DNA of 64,000 nt from Eledone cirrhosa (GCA_964016885.1 OZ024747.1:50592001-50656000), one strand, 5' to 3'. Numbered from the stretch's first letter, positions 28,607 through 43,331 are shown. Numbers and translations: made by a program. The notes: generated by a model from the letters alone, not told the origin.

Positions 28607-28930
28607 GCGGTGGATTGGCAGTATCGGTAGCGGGTCGGACGCCATGCTTTCAAGCATAGTTACGTCCCTTTACGATCTGAATTCAAATCCCGCCGAGGTT
28701 GACTTTGCCTTTCATCCTTACGGGGTCGGTAAAATAAAGTACCAGTAATGCACTGGGCATTTTGCTGGCCTTGTGCCTAAAGTAAAAACAATTATTATTA
28801 TTCCCACTGTATTGTCTCCTACATGTTGACCCTTAACTTAGCCTTTCATCCTTACGGGGTCGATAAAATAAAGTACCAGTAATTAACTGAATAATTGCTC
28901 GCCTTGTGCCAATATTAGAAACAATTGTTA
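28607..28930 (+). mobile_element. Full SINE plus a second 3' half
   Basis: A box TGGCAGTATCGG, B-box-like GAATTCAAATCC, core and (ATT)n tail; second core at about 28832-28930. Confidence 0.92.
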
Positions 28931-28934
28931 TTTT

Positions 28935-31900
28935 TCTTTGAGTCTCAGTCATTGATGTTATTTAACTGGAAAGTTTGTTGAAATGAATATCAAGCCGCCA
29001 CCTGCAGCCTCGGATTTTCAGGATGTATCGGAGGGTTCTTGCTGTTCCCAGCAAGCATGCCTTTTGAAGTGTTCCAAAATGCGGGGTTGGACTAATCTTC
29101 TTTAACCATCCTTGGAGACTCTTTGAGATAGTACCTAGTGCGCCTATGACAATCGGGACGACCTTAATTTCATGGCAGTTCCAAATCCTTTTTAATCCCA
29201 CTTTAAGTCCTGGTATCGGTTAATTTTCACCCTCTCCTTTTCTTACACTCTCGTGTCAAAGGGGCAGGCTACATCTACAATCAGACACAATCTTTTTTCC
29301 TTGTCCAAAACCACCAGGTCAGGCCTATTGTGTTCTAGTTTCTTGTCCGTCTGTATCCTGAATTCCCATAGCACCTTCACCTGATCGTTTTCTATCACCG
29401 ACTCTGGCTTATGCTCATACCACTTCTCAGAATGTGGTAAATTGTTTACTTTACATAGATGCCAGTGGATCTCCCTGCCTATCACATCGTGTCTCCAGCC
29501 TTTATAGTGAGTCTGGGCTAGGTGTTTACACTCGGATACAATGTGAGCCACAGTCTCCCCTCTCTCTCCACAGATCCTACACAGTGAGCTAGCCTCCTCC
29601 TTGTCAATATGGTGTTTCACCCATTCGTTCTGAGGACCTGCTCTTGCGCAGCCATGAGCATTCCTTCTGTAGCTTTTTTAAGGTCTCCTCTTTTTAACCA
29701 GTTCCATGTCTGCATCTCTAAATTCAGTTTTCCTAAAGAAAGTGCTATGAAGGGATTTTTCATCAAGGTTGCTCTTCCTCCTTGTTATTTCCTCCTTGGA
29801 CATCCCCTGCTCTATTGTCTTCTCCTCCAGTACAAATTTGAGCATTGACTCCATACTGTCAGTCACGTATTTGTGCAGCTTGTTTTTCTCCATCTGAACA
29901 CAGTCCTCTATGCCGTAAAGACCTCTTCCAACTTCAGATCTCTTTAAGTAGAGTGTATCGACATCACTCCTCTCGTGGAACATGTTGTAGAAAGTCAATA
30001 GCTTCCTAATCTTCCTAGAAAGTCAATAGCTTCCTAATCTTCATATCTATTTCTTTTTGTTCAGCAACATTCCATTTCAGAATTCCCGCACTGTACCTAA
30101 TAATAGACACAGCTCGGGAATTCACTGCACTTATGACATTCCTACTATTTAGATGTGATTTTAGTACGCTCCTTATTCTCCTTATGTACTCAGATCTTAT
30201 CAATTCCTTCATTTTTTTGTTCTTGATACCATCTGCCTCCAGAACACCTAAATATTTGTATCCTTCTTCAGTGTCAATTTCCTTTATCATCTCATCTGTT
30301 GGTACCTGGATTCCGTTGCATCTGCTCAATGTACTCCTCTTCATCACTAGGACTCCGCACTTATTAATACCAAATTGCATACATATATCATTGCTGAAAA
30401 TACGGACAGTGTCAACAAGTACATGCACTTCCTTCTCACTCTTCCCAAAGAGTTTAAGATCGTCCATGAAGAAAAGGTGGTTGATGGTAAGCTCTCCTTT
30501 TCCCAACTTGAACCCTGCTCTCACCTTTCGCAATATAACGTTCAGGGGTATCAGGGCAAGGACAAACAGCAGAGGGGACAAACTATCTCCCTGGAAGATA
30601 CCTATCTTGATCTTCACGCCTCCCAAAGATTCTCCACCCGATGTTAACTCTGTTTCCCAGGACTTCATACTTTTGCTCAACAACTGTCTGATGTTATCTG
30701 CCACATTGAAGATCTCTAGGCTTTTGGTTATCCATGAATGAGGTACCATGTCGAATGCCTTTTTGTAATCTATCCATCCCATGGCAAGACCAGTGTGTCT
30801 CCTCTTGCAATTCCTCATTACCATCTTATCAATAAGTAACTGGTCTTTTGTACCACGGGACTTCTTTCGACATCCTTTCTGTTCGTCCGGTAACAAGATG
30901 TTTATGTGGAGGTGATGGTAGATTTCCTCAGACACAATGTTTGTTAACAGTTTCCACATTACGGACTGACATGTGATAGGCCTATAGTTGGTAACATCAT
31001 TACACTTGATTCGGTCTTTCATTACCAGAACTGTGGTACCTTTTGTCAACCACTCTGGTACCTCACCCGACATCAAGCAGTCATTGAACATGGTTGTCAG
31101 TTTCGGGTGGAGGGATGTTATATTTTTAATCCAATACCCTTGCACACCATCTGGGCCTGGTGATTTCCAGTTGGTTAGTTTTTTGGCCTGCCTTTTAAGA
31201 GTTTCAACTGTGATACTCAAATCAGGTTGTTGGTGTGCTTGTTCACTAATCTCCTTTTGAACTGTCTCAATCCACACTGCCTGACTGTTATGTTCAACAT
31301 CCTGCTCCCATATTCCTCTCCAGAATGTCTTAGTTTGTTCCGCCTCAGGAATTAAGTCGTTGCCTCTTTCCTTCCCTTCAAGCTGTCCAAACATCTTCTG
31401 GTTGTTGTGAAACATGCGGTTCTGTCTATACTGACTGACTCTGTTCTCATACCGCCTAATCTTTGCATTTTTTGCTACAATGCGTTGCTTCAGTTCCTCT
31501 GTGATAATATTTAGCTACCCCCCCCCCCCCCTAGTTTAGTACTTTATTTCCAATCTATCTTTAGTGTATATGTTTTGTAATGTCCCATTCAGTAAGGACT
31601 CAAGCTTTCCAATGTCTTTACTCATTTCCTTGATTTGACCATCCAGTCGTTTTTTCCACCAAGGTTCTGATCTTTCTTGTTTGTTGCTTCCTCTCGTTTT
31701 TATGCAAGTAATTTCATCACCGCATTTGCTGTTGCTTTGAGGATATTGTTGCATTGGTGAAGGTTCCTCGCCTCAAGGTATGGGATGACTTTGTTTACTT
31801 TAGCTGTTGTTTCTTTTAACTTTTTCCTGTCTACAAATCTTAGGTTCATAGGTTTTCCACTATCATTGTTCATTTCATCTACCACGAAGTTCAGGATATC

Positions 31901-32523
31901 AACGAAATCTTGTCCTAGCCCGTCAGCATTCATTTCCTCAATGGCCGTATCTTTGTTGCAGATGTTATTTATTTCAGCATTCAGATCATTGTCTGCTTCG
32001 TATGCTTCCTCAGGTCTCTCAACATTTTCACCTTCATTTCCCACTGGCTCGTTTGCCTGACATACTCCACTCTCCATTTCCAACTTAATCTCTTTGATCA
32101 GTTCCTCCAGTTCCAACTCGCTTATCCATCCATTAGTTCTTATTACCCGATCCTGCCCGGCCAATTTTTGTTCATCTAATTTAAATAGACCAATCTCGTT
32201 CCAGATGTTATGCATCCGTTTCCTATAGCCTTTTTCCTTGGGGTTACTCTTCAGGTAACATTTCATGACAGTTCTATCCAATTCTTTTCGTCCAGTTGGT
32301 TCTTGTCCCTTTCGTTCTTCTTCTTCCTCCAACACCAGCAATATTTGGATGACAGCCAGGCCCCACTTGCTGGGTGAGAGTCTTTCACATGACGTTCCAG
32401 TCTCCTTTTCACCGTTATTCGAACTGTTTAGGTTCGACATTTAAACACTCATATCGAGGATTGGTGAATGTATGGTTACATAACCACTGCTGATTTCATC
32501 ACCCCCGGTGATTTTAGCGTGGC
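28935..32523 (-). mobile_element. Near full-length degenerate R4/Dong-clade non-LTR retrotransposon (RT plus restriction-like endonuclease)
   Basis: One ORF broken by frameshifts from ATG 32440 to about 29015. N-terminal GYRKRMHNIW; RT motifs KSPGPDG, YRPITC, DYKKAFDMVPH, GIFQGDSLSPLLF, FMDD, YKYLG; then CCHC knuckle, RHD and PD..D endonuclease. (AAT)n context at the ends. Confidence 0.95.
30015..31415 (-). pseudogene. Reverse transcriptase domain of the R4/Dong element
   Basis: 466-aa open stretch with all RT motifs; terminated by a 27-bp tandem duplication (TAGAAAGTCAATAGCTTCCTAATCTTC) near 29988-30042. Confidence 0.93.
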
Positions 32524-32535
32524 ATATTATTATTA

Positions 32536-33076
32536 TTGTTCTTTGAGCCTCAGTCATTGATGTTATTTAACTGGAAAGTTTGTTGAAATGAATATCAAGC
32601 CACTACCTGCAGCCTCAGATATTCAGGACGTACCGGAGGGTTCTTGCTGTTTCCAGCAAGCATGCCTTTCGAAGTGTTCCAAAAAGCGGGGCGGGACCAA
32701 TTTTCTTTAACCATCCTTGGAAACTCTTTGAGATAGTACCTACTACGCCTATGACAATCGGGACCACTTTGACTTCATGGCAGTTCCAAATCCTTTTTAC
32801 CTCCCACTTTAAGTCCTGGTATCATTGGTTTACTTTGCCTTTCATCCTTACGGAGTCGGTAAAACAAAGTACCACTAATGTACTGGGTAATTGCTGGCCT
32901 TGTGCCAAAAGTAGAAACAATTATTATTATTATTATTATTATTATTATTGTTATTACTCCTTGAGTCTCAGTCATTGATGTTAGTTAACTGGAAAGTTTG
33001 TTGGAATGAATATCAAGCCACTACCTGCAGCCTCAGATATTCAGGACGTATCGGAGGGCTCTTGCTGTTCCCAGCA
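32536..33076. mobile_element. Two short 3' fragments of the R4/Dong LINE (-) around a SINE 3' half (+)
   Basis: LINE ends at about 32536-32830 and 32958-33076; SINE part at about 32832-32925; (ATT)n spacers at 32526-32537, 32920-32949 and 33077-33139. Confidence 0.9.
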
Positions 33077-33147
<71 letters not shown>

Positions 33148-33555
33148 GTGTGTGTGTGTGTGTCTGTATGTCATGTCTGCGCGCGTGTGTGTGTGTGTGA
33201 GTATGTGTGTGTGTGTGTGTGCGTGCGTGTGGTATATAATGCCCATTTAAAAGTTTCTGTACTCATTGTCCTTCGCTTAAGTTATTTTTATTGCACCCTT
33301 TAGTTTGCACCTCACCCTTCTACTCCCGTGAATTAACCTCCCTATATAATTCTCTTTTCCCTCAAACTACCCTCTCCCTCTCTCGCTTATTCTCTCTTTC
33401 TCTCTAATATGAGCCCTACTCACCCTTTATCACTCACACACAGTCTAATCTCTAAATATATACAAAATCCCTTTTTTAATCAAAACATTGCCATAAGCAA
33501 CCATGTTCTTCTCTCGCTATTACCGACACCTTTAACACATCCTTTCTTTTACAAC

Positions 33556-35270
33556 CTGTTGTTACTGTTGTTGTTATTATCAATACTCTTGTTGTTGTTG
33601 CCATCGCCGTCGTTGTTGCTGTTGTTGGCGGTGTTGTTGGTGTTGTTATGTTGTTGGTGTCATTGTTGGTGTTGTTGGTGTCGTTGTTGGTGTTGTTGGT
33701 GTCGTTGTTGTTGTTGTTGGTGTTGTTGGTGTTGTTGGTGTTGTTGTTGGCGGTGTTGTTGGTGTTGTTAGTGTTGTTGTTAGTGTTGTTGGGGTTGTTG
33801 GCGGTGTTGTTGGTGTTGATGGTGTTGTTGTTGGTGTTGTTGGTGTTGTTGTTGTTGTTGTTAGTGTTGTTGGTGTTATTGGTGTTGGTGTTGTTGGGGT
33901 TGTTGGCGGTGTTGTTGGTGTTGATGGTGTTGTTGTTGGTGTTGTTGGTGTTGTTGTTGTTGTTGTTGTTGTTAGTGTTGTTGGTGTTATTGGTGTTGGT
34001 GTTGTTGGGGTTGTTGCTGTTGTTGGTGTTGTTGTTGGCGGTGTTGTTGGTGTTGTTCGTGTTGTTGGTGTTGTTGTTAGTGTTGTTGGTGTTGTTGGTG
34101 TTGTTGTTAGTGTTGTTGGTGTTATTGGTGTTGGTGTTGTTGGGGTTGTTGGCGGTGTTGTTGGTGTTGATGGTGTTGTTGTTGGTGTTGCTGGTGTTGT
34201 TGTTGTTGTTGTTGTTGTTAGTGTTGTTGGTGTTATTGGTGTTGGTGTTGTTGGGGTTGTTGCTGTTGTTGGTGTTGTTGTTGGCGGTGTTGTTGGTGTT
34301 GTTGGTGTTGTTGTTAGTGTTGTTGGTATTGTTGGCGGTGTTGTTGGTGTTGATGGTGTTGTTGTTGTTGGTGTTGGTGTTGTTGGTGTTGGTGTTGTTG
34401 GGGTTGTTGGTGTTGTTGGTATTGGTGTTGTTGTTAGTGTTGTTGGTGGTGTGGGTGTTGTTGTTGTTGGTGGTGGTGGTGGTGTTGTTGGTGTTATTGG
34501 TGTTGTTGGTGTTGGTGTTGGTGTTGTTGGTGTTGTTGGCGGTGTTGTTGGTGTTGATGGTGTTGGTGTTGTTGGTGTTGGTGTTGGTGTTGTTGGTGTT
34601 GTTGTTGTTGTTGTTAGTGTTGTTGGTATTGTTGGCGGTGTTATTGGTGTTGTTGGTGTTGGTGTTGTTGGTGTTGGTGTTGTTGGTGTTATTGGTGTTG
34701 TTGGTGTTGGTGTTGGTGTTGTTGGTGTTGTTGTTGTTGTTGTTAGTGTTGTTGGTATTGTTGGCGGTGTTGTTGGTGTTGATGGTGTTGTTGTTGTTGG
34801 TGTTGGTGTTGTTGGTGTTGGTGTTGTTGGTGTTATTGGTGTTGTTGGTGTTGGTGTTGGTGTTGTTGGTGTTGTTGTTGTTGTTGTTAGTGTTGTTGGT
34901 ATTGTTGGCGGTGTTGTTGGTGTTGATGGTGTTGGTGTTGTTGGTGTTGGTGTTGGTGTTGTTGGTGTTATTGGTGTTGTTGGTGTTAGTGTTGTTGGTG
35001 TTGTTGTTAGTGTTGTTGGTATTGTTGGCGGTGTTGTTGGTGTTGATGGTGTTGGTGTTGTTGGTGTTGGTGTTGTTGGTGTTATTGGTGTTGTTGGTGT
35101 TGGTGTTGTTGGTGTTGGTGTTGTTGGTGTTATTGGTGTTGTTGGTGTTGGTGTTGTTGGTGTTGTTGTTAGTGTTGTTGGTATTGTTGGCGGTGTTGTT
35201 GGTGTTTTTGCTGTTGTTGGTGTTGCTGCTGCTGTTGTTGGTGATGTTGCTGCTGCTGTTGTTGCTGTTG
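33556..35270. repeat. (GTT/GGT)n degenerate repeat with higher-order units
   Basis: Directly visible; it produces the spurious 700-800 aa ORFs in several frames. Confidence 0.93.
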
Positions 35271-35277
35271 TTGCTAT

Positions 35278-35740
35278 TGCTGTTGTTGCTGTTGTTGGTG
35301 TTACTGCTGCTGTTGTTGCTGTTGTTGGTGTTACTGCTGTTGTTGTTGCTGTTGTTGGTGTTACTGCTGCTGTTGTTGCTGTTGTTGGTGTTACTGCTGC
35401 TGTTGTTGCTGTTGTTGGTGTTACTGCTGCTGTTGTTGGTGTTGTTGGTGTTACTGCTGCTGTTGTTGCTGTTGTTGGTGTTACTGCTGTTGTTGTTGCT
35501 GTTGTTGGTGTTACTGCTGCTGTTGTTGCTGTTGTTGGTGTTACTGCTGTTGTTGTTGCTGTTGTTGGTGTTACTGCTGCTGTTGTTGCTGTTGTTGGTG
35601 TTACTGCTGCTGTTGTTGGTGTTGTTGGTGTTACTGCTGCTGTTGTTGCTGTTGTTGGTGTTACTGCTGTTGTTGTTGCTGTTGTTGGTGTTACTGCTGC
35701 TGTTGTTGCTGTTGTTGGTGTTACTGCTGCTGTTGTTGCT
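35278..35740 (+). repeat. 30-bp minisatellite, about 15 units
   Basis: Unit TGTTGTTGCTGTTGTTGGTGTTACTGCTG(C/T). Confidence 0.93.
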
Positions 35741-36079
35741 ACCTGTGTTATTCTTAATATTGCTGCTGTTCTCCAGGCTGTATTTACAGAGATAGTTGCT
35801 GTTTCTTTGTTTGTCTTCAAAATCGCCATTGTTGTATTGTATTCTTATTTTTGTTCTCATTCCTTTTGTTACTATTGTTGTTGTTGTCATTGCTGCTGTT
35901 GTTGCTGCTGCTGTTAGTGTTGTTGTTGTTGTTGTTGTTGTTTATGTTATATTTTTATATTGGGCTACATTATCTAATGTGACCTGTTCTAAAAGTGGTT
36001 GTGAGTGTATTAGGGAGAAATTTAGCTACTATTTCTAACAGATTAAACCAGTAAGTGAATCCGTCATTGGTTCCTATGT

Positions 36080-36583
<504 letters not shown>

Positions 36584-36835
36584 ACACCTTACAAACTGGA
36601 ACAACTTAATAACATTCACTACAGTAATAACACGCTTCTCTTACCTTGTCTCCCCCCCTCTTCTTTATTTGGCTTTCTTTCTTTCTTTCTTTCTTTCTTT
36701 ATTTATTTATTTATTTCATTCTTTCTTTCTTTGTCTTTCTTTCTTTCTTTTTCTTACATACTTACATTTTCCGTTATTTCATTAATTTCTTCCAGCCTGT
36801 CAGGATAGAAACATCAACATCAACATCATCATCAA

Positions 36836-36870
<35 letters not shown>

Positions 36871-36974
36871 ACAGCAATAATAACAACATCAATAAAATCA
36901 ACAGTAACAATAACAACAACAATGACCACAACAATAACAGCAACATAAATAAATAACAATATATACAAATAAAT

Positions 36975-39034
36975 AACAACAGCAGCAACAACAAATAAAA
37001 GAACAGCAGCAACAGCAACTAAAGCAACAGCGTCAACAACAACTAAAGCAACAGCAGCAACAGCAACTAAACCAACAGCAGCAACAGCAACTAAAGCAAC
37101 AGCAGCAACATCAACTAAACCAACAGCAGCAACAACAACTAAAAGAACAGCAGCAACAACAACTAAAACAACAGCGTCAACAACAACTAAAAGAACAGCA
37201 GCAACAACAACTAGAACAACTGCAGCAACAACAACTAAAACAACAGCAGCAACAACAACTAAAAGAACAGCAGCAACAACTACTAAAAGAACAGCAGCAA
37301 CAACAACTAAAACAACAGCAGCAACAACAACTAAAACAACAGCAGCAACAACTACTAAAAGAACAGCAGCAACAACAACTAAAACAACAGCAGCAGCAAC
37401 AACAACTAAAGCAACAGCAGCAACAACAACTAAAACAACATCAGCAACAACAACTAAAACAACAGCGTCAACAACAACTAAAAGAACAGCAGCAACAACA
37501 ACTAAAAGAACAGCAGCAACAGCAACTAAAGCAACAGCGTCAACAACAACTAAAGCAACAGCAGCAACAGCAACTAAACCAACAGCAGCAATAGCAACTA
37601 AAGTAACAGCAGCAACATCAACTAAACCAACAGCAGCAACAACAACTAAAAGAACAGCAGCAACAACAACTAAAACAACAGCGTCAACAACAACTAAAAG
37701 AACAGCAGCAACAACAACTAGAACACTGCAGCAACAACAACTAAATCAACAGCAGCAACAACAACTAAAGCAACAGCAGCAACAGCAACTAAACCAACAG
37801 CAGCAACAACAACTAAAACAACAGCGTCAACAACAACTAAAAGAACAGCAGCAACAACAACTAGAACACTGCAGCAACAACAACTAAAACAACAGCAGCA
37901 ACAACAACTAAAGCAACAGCAGCAACAGCAACTAAACCAACAGCAGCAACAACAACTAAAACAACAGCGTCAACAACAACTAAAAGAACAGCAGCAACAA
38001 CAACTAAAACAACAGCGTCAACAACAACTAAAAGAACAGCAGCAACAACAACTAAAGCAACAGCAGCAACAACAACTAAAGCAACAGCAGCAACAACAAC
38101 TAAAACAACAGCAGCAACAACAACTAAACCAACAGCGTCAACAACTACTAAAAGAACAGCAGCAACAACAACTAAAACAACAGCAGCAACAACAACTAAA
38201 ACAACAGCAGCAACAACTACTAAAAGAACAGCAGCAACAACAACTAAAACAACAGCAGCAGCAACAACAACTAAAACAACAGCAGCAACAACAACTAAAA
38301 CAACAGCAGCAACAACAACTAAAACAACAGCAGCAACAACTACTAAAAGAACAGCAGCAACAGCAACTAAAAGAACAGCAGCAACAACAACTAAAACAAC
38401 AGCAGCAACAACAACTAAACCAACAGTAGCAACAGCAACTAAACCAACAGCAGCAACAGCAACTAAAAGAACAGCAGCAACAACAACTAAAAGAACAGCA
38501 GCAACAACTACTAAAAGAACAGCAGCAACAACAACTAAAACAACAGCAGCAACAACAACTAAAACAACAGCAGCAACAACAACTAAAAGAACAGCGTCAA
38601 CAACAACTAAAGCAACAGCAGCAACAACAACTAAAACAACAGCAGCAGCAACAACAACTAAAACAACAGCAGCAACAACAACTAAAACAACAGCAGCAAC
38701 AACAACTAAAACAACAGCAGCAACAGCAACTAAACCAACAGCAGCAACAGCAACTAAAAGAACAGCAGCAACAGCAACTAAACCAACAGCAGCAACAGCA
38801 ACTAAAAGAACAGTAGCAACAGCAACTAAACCAACAGCAGCAACAGCAACTAAAAGACAGCAGCAACAACAACTAAAACAACAGCAGCAACAACTACTAA
38901 AAGAACAGCAGCAACAACAACTAAAACAACAGCAGCAACAACAACTAAAACAATAGCAGCAACAACAACTAAAGCAACAGCAGCAACAACAACTAAAGCA
39001 ACAACAGCAACAACAACTAGAACAACAGCAGCAA
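36975..39034 (+). repeat. 24-bp minisatellite, about 85 units
   Basis: Unit AACTAAA(A/G/C)CAACAGCAGCAACA(A/G)C with variants; block duplication of about 37000-37230 at about 37507-37740. Confidence 0.93.
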
Positions 39035-39360
39035 CGATTCGAACTACTGTACAGCTTTATCATGGAAATCCCTAACACCAGAGACACCCCACTAATTTAC
39101 CAAAGGAATCACTGACTTTCTTTAATAGGCAATAGATTTCATCGTAAAGGCTGTTGTCATGTTAACTGTGCTGTCTAAAATACACAGATTTACGCACACG
39201 CTTCAATGTTGTGCACATCAATACTTGGCTCAGAGAGGTTCTTGTCTGGAGAAGGGTTGATACGTATCAACTGTATTGGCCAGACTATTTGTCAGACCTA
39301 ATGTGATACATGTCTCCCAAACAATATCCATCAGATGTTGCACGTCACTCTCAGAGTGAG

Positions 39361-40007
<647 letters not shown>

Positions 40008-40182
40008 AGAATAACATTAAGAAAGATGCTGATGTTACATAAATCGTTTATTCGTAATAATTACTTCAACGGTTCTCTTATGCGACCGAAGATGTAATTC
40101 ATTCATTTGTTGTTATGGAAACGGTATCTTTAGATGAAAATCCGACTTTGCGATATGCCGCTGGCAAAAATACAAAACAAAA

Positions 40183-40315
40183 AAAAAAACAGCTCCTTTT
40201 GCTCGTGCGCCAGGCTGACATATAATTTCCAGATATTGTAAACACAGCAGCTAGGAAAGACCTTTAGGAACTTATATGTCAGCCGGGCGCACGAGCAGAA
40301 GGACCTGTTTTTTTT
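40183..40315. repeat. MITE-like hairpin with about 48-bp inverted arms
   Basis: aaaaaaacagctccttttgctcgtgcgccaggctgacatataatttcc versus ggaacttatatgtcagccgggcgcacgagcagaaggacctgttttttt. Confidence 0.7.
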
Positions 40316-40423
40316 CCTTGCGTACTACAACTCATCGTTTAGCTATATCATCTCATTTCACCAGATCTTCAAGTGAATGATGACGTCTCACTTCATCAGA
40401 ACTCTTCATATTTTCCTATATAG

Positions 40424-40723
40424 CATTAATTCCCAACGTGGGGTGCACGCCCCAAAGAGGAGCAATTTGAATATTCAAAGGGGAGTGTGGATTTGAGAAA
40501 GATGTTAATGAGAGAAAACTTCAGGTTTTACATTATTACTTTTACACCAAGGTAACTTTGGAACAAATTGCTCTCGGAAACTCCTGTCTCGCCCCCGCCA
40601 CAGATGTGCATCTCCCATACGCCAATTTGTAGTTGATCATCGGTGTTTTTATATCAAAGTGGGCAATAAAAATGCTTGAGATTTTGAGGTGGGGTATGGG
40701 ACACAAAAGGTTGGGAACCAGTG
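40424..40723. mobile_element. Non-autonomous hAT-type MITE
   Basis: Degenerate TIRs CATTAATTCCCAAC and GTTGGGAACCAGTG; 8-bp flanks CTATATAG and CTATAGAG (7/8 identical). Confidence 0.65.
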
Positions 40724-41105
40724 CTATAGAGTATTCAGACTTGTACCATTTTAAAGAATGTCAATAATGTTAGTGTTTTGCCTCCTTTGATTTACCCGTC
40801 TATCAACTGGCTACCATATTACCAGATTTCAGGGCATTTCTTCAAGATGACTCATATTCCTCACTGAGCTGCAAATAACAAGACTTGCAAATAAGTACGC
40901 CCAATTTATATATATATATATTTATAAATATATATATATATTTATTTATTGTTATGCTTTGGGAGGGTCATGTTGCCAATAAGAAACACACGCACCAGTT
41001 GCTTTCACTCCAATTTATTATAAATTAAATTTATAAATTTAAGAATTTATAAATTTCAGATTGGTTGGTTGGTTGGTTCCATAACCGGACGGTTGTTCAT
41101 ATATT

Positions 41106-41148
41106 GTCAAAGTTCTTTCGTCACACATTCTGTGACCTCTTCAGTGAC
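41106..41148 (-). ncRNA. Type I hammerhead ribozyme (family E), sense to the GIY-YIG ORF
   Basis: GUCA-CUGAAGA-g-GUCACA-gaaug-UGUGAC-GAAA-gaac-UU-UGAC, about 180 nt downstream of the ORF stop. Confidence 0.8.
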
Positions 41149-41328
41149 TGGGGATTATTTTCTTTGTTTTGTGCCTCTCTTTGTTCTGTCCCACGCCATC
41201 TTGTATTTGTGTGTGTTGTGTGTTACATCCGCGTGTCTGTGTGTGTTTTTATTTGTTTATTTATTTGTTTATTTGCATGTTACTTGTTGGTTGTTTGTTC
41301 TATGTGTGTGTGTGTTTTCATTTTGTCC

Positions 41329-41646
41329 TTAATTGTAAGTTGTGATGTTGCTATTCCATTCATGTTTTCTATTTAATTTTGGTTGGAGTTCATTTATGTT
41401 TATTGCCTCTGTGATTTGTCTAAACATTGCGTCTTTTCTGTGTGTAAATTCTATTTTTATTTCTCTGTTCTCTAATTTGCCCTTATGTTCTATTTTAGCT
41501 TGTTGGTGGAGTATTGATGATTCTTTTTTATCTTGAAGTTCTCGCCAGTGTTCATTTAACCGTTCTCCTATACTACGAGCTGTCTCACCTATGTACACTA
41601 TGTACTCTATATTATTAGAACAGGTGAGACAGTTCGTAGTATAAAC
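41329..41646 (-). pseudogene. GIY-YIG endonuclease C-terminal fragment (PLE type)
   Basis: VYTTNCLTC...YIGETARSIGERLNEH...R..TEAINI...PKLNRK: VY, CxxC, YIG, R, E and N motifs. The upstream part of the listed ORF is merely the inverted arm. Confidence 0.9.
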
Positions 41647-41781
41647 AAATAAATAAACAAATAAAAACACACACAGACACCCGGATGTAACACATGCGTA
41701 AACTAAGCAAACAACACACACAAAAACAAGATGGCGTAGGACAGAACAAAGAGAGGCACAAAACAAAGAAAAGAATCCCCA

Positions 41782-41824
41782 GTCACTGAAGAGGTCACAG
41801 AATGTGTGACGAAAGAACTTTGAC
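41782..41824 (+). ncRNA. Type I hammerhead ribozyme (family E), inverted copy
   Basis: Same sequence as 41106-41148 on the opposite strand. Confidence 0.8.
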
Positions 41825-42024
41825 AATATATGAACAACCGTCCGGTTATGGAACCAATCAACCAACCAATCTGAAATTTATAAATTCTTAAATTTATAAA
41901 TTTAATTTATAATAAATTGGAGTGAAAGCAACTGGTGCGTGTGTTTCTTATTGGCAACATGACCCTCCCAAAGCATAACAATAAATAAATATATATATAT
42001 TTACATATATATATATATATAAAT

Positions 42025-42133
<109 letters not shown>

Positions 42134-42340
42134 TTTGTAAAGTTATGATGCTGAGGAACGATATCGCCCAGGAGTCTAGATTTTTTACTTTTATCTCTAA
42201 TAAAGCACAGCCACCGTACCTGTTATTAACTAAAATGTGTGCACTCTAAGCAGTTAGTTGCAGTTGCATTCTGGCAGCTTCATTGAGTGAGCTACACGTT
42301 GGCCTAGGACTCTTGAAATAGTATCAACAACATTCGTTAA

Positions 42341-42382
<42 letters not shown>

Positions 42383-42521
42383 GAAGAGAGAAGAAACATT
42401 TAGATATAATTAGTAATAAAATGTATCATACCTAAACTGTTCCTAAATTCCTCGACTACGTAGTTTCGTGGCATAAACAAAAACAATATATCAAAGATAT
42501 AGAGTCCTTGCGAGGTCTGCC

Positions 42522-42581
<60 letters not shown>

Positions 42582-42993
42582 GTGGTTATTAACAAATGTA
42601 TATAATATATGTGTATTTTGATGCACATTAAAATATACAAAATAAAATTTTACCGGGGTCTTTCTTTAAGAAGGAGATAAAAATATTAAGTATAAAAAGT
42701 CATACAATGTAAGATTAGATGAAATCTGCCGGATTATGGAATTAAGAGAGACGGAGTAGATGGAATGGAAGTTGGGTGGGCTAAGAACTAAATTGCCAGA
42801 ATTAAACACATATATATATATATATATACATGTGTTTGTATGCTTCTATAGATGTATACACACACACATACACAGACACACACACACACACACATATACA
42901 TACAGCCAATTTTTACGAACATTCATATATATATGTATATATATATATATATATGTACATATATTAATTTATATATATATATATATGTATATG

Positions 42994-43024
<31 letters not shown>

Positions 43025-43105
43025 ACATATCTGTATATGTATATATATCCCGAGATGCATGCAATATGAAGAATCTCCATAAAGCGTATTATATATGTAT
43101 ATATA

Positions 43106-43331
<226 letters not shown>

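Larger units (their letters stand above)
40941..41989 (-). mobile_element. 5'-truncated Penelope-like element: GIY-YIG C-terminus between inverted pLTR copies, in (TA)n
   Basis: Arms about 40941-41272 and 41641-41989; the spacer encodes GIY-YIG; each arm contains an HHR. Confidence 0.88.

Noticed and set aside
33476-35917. ORFs of 488-804 aa (Asn/Thr-, Thr/Pro- and Leu/Val-rich) resembling mucins
   Set aside because: Open in several frames on both strands only because GTT/GGT repeats lack stops; no domain or splice evidence.
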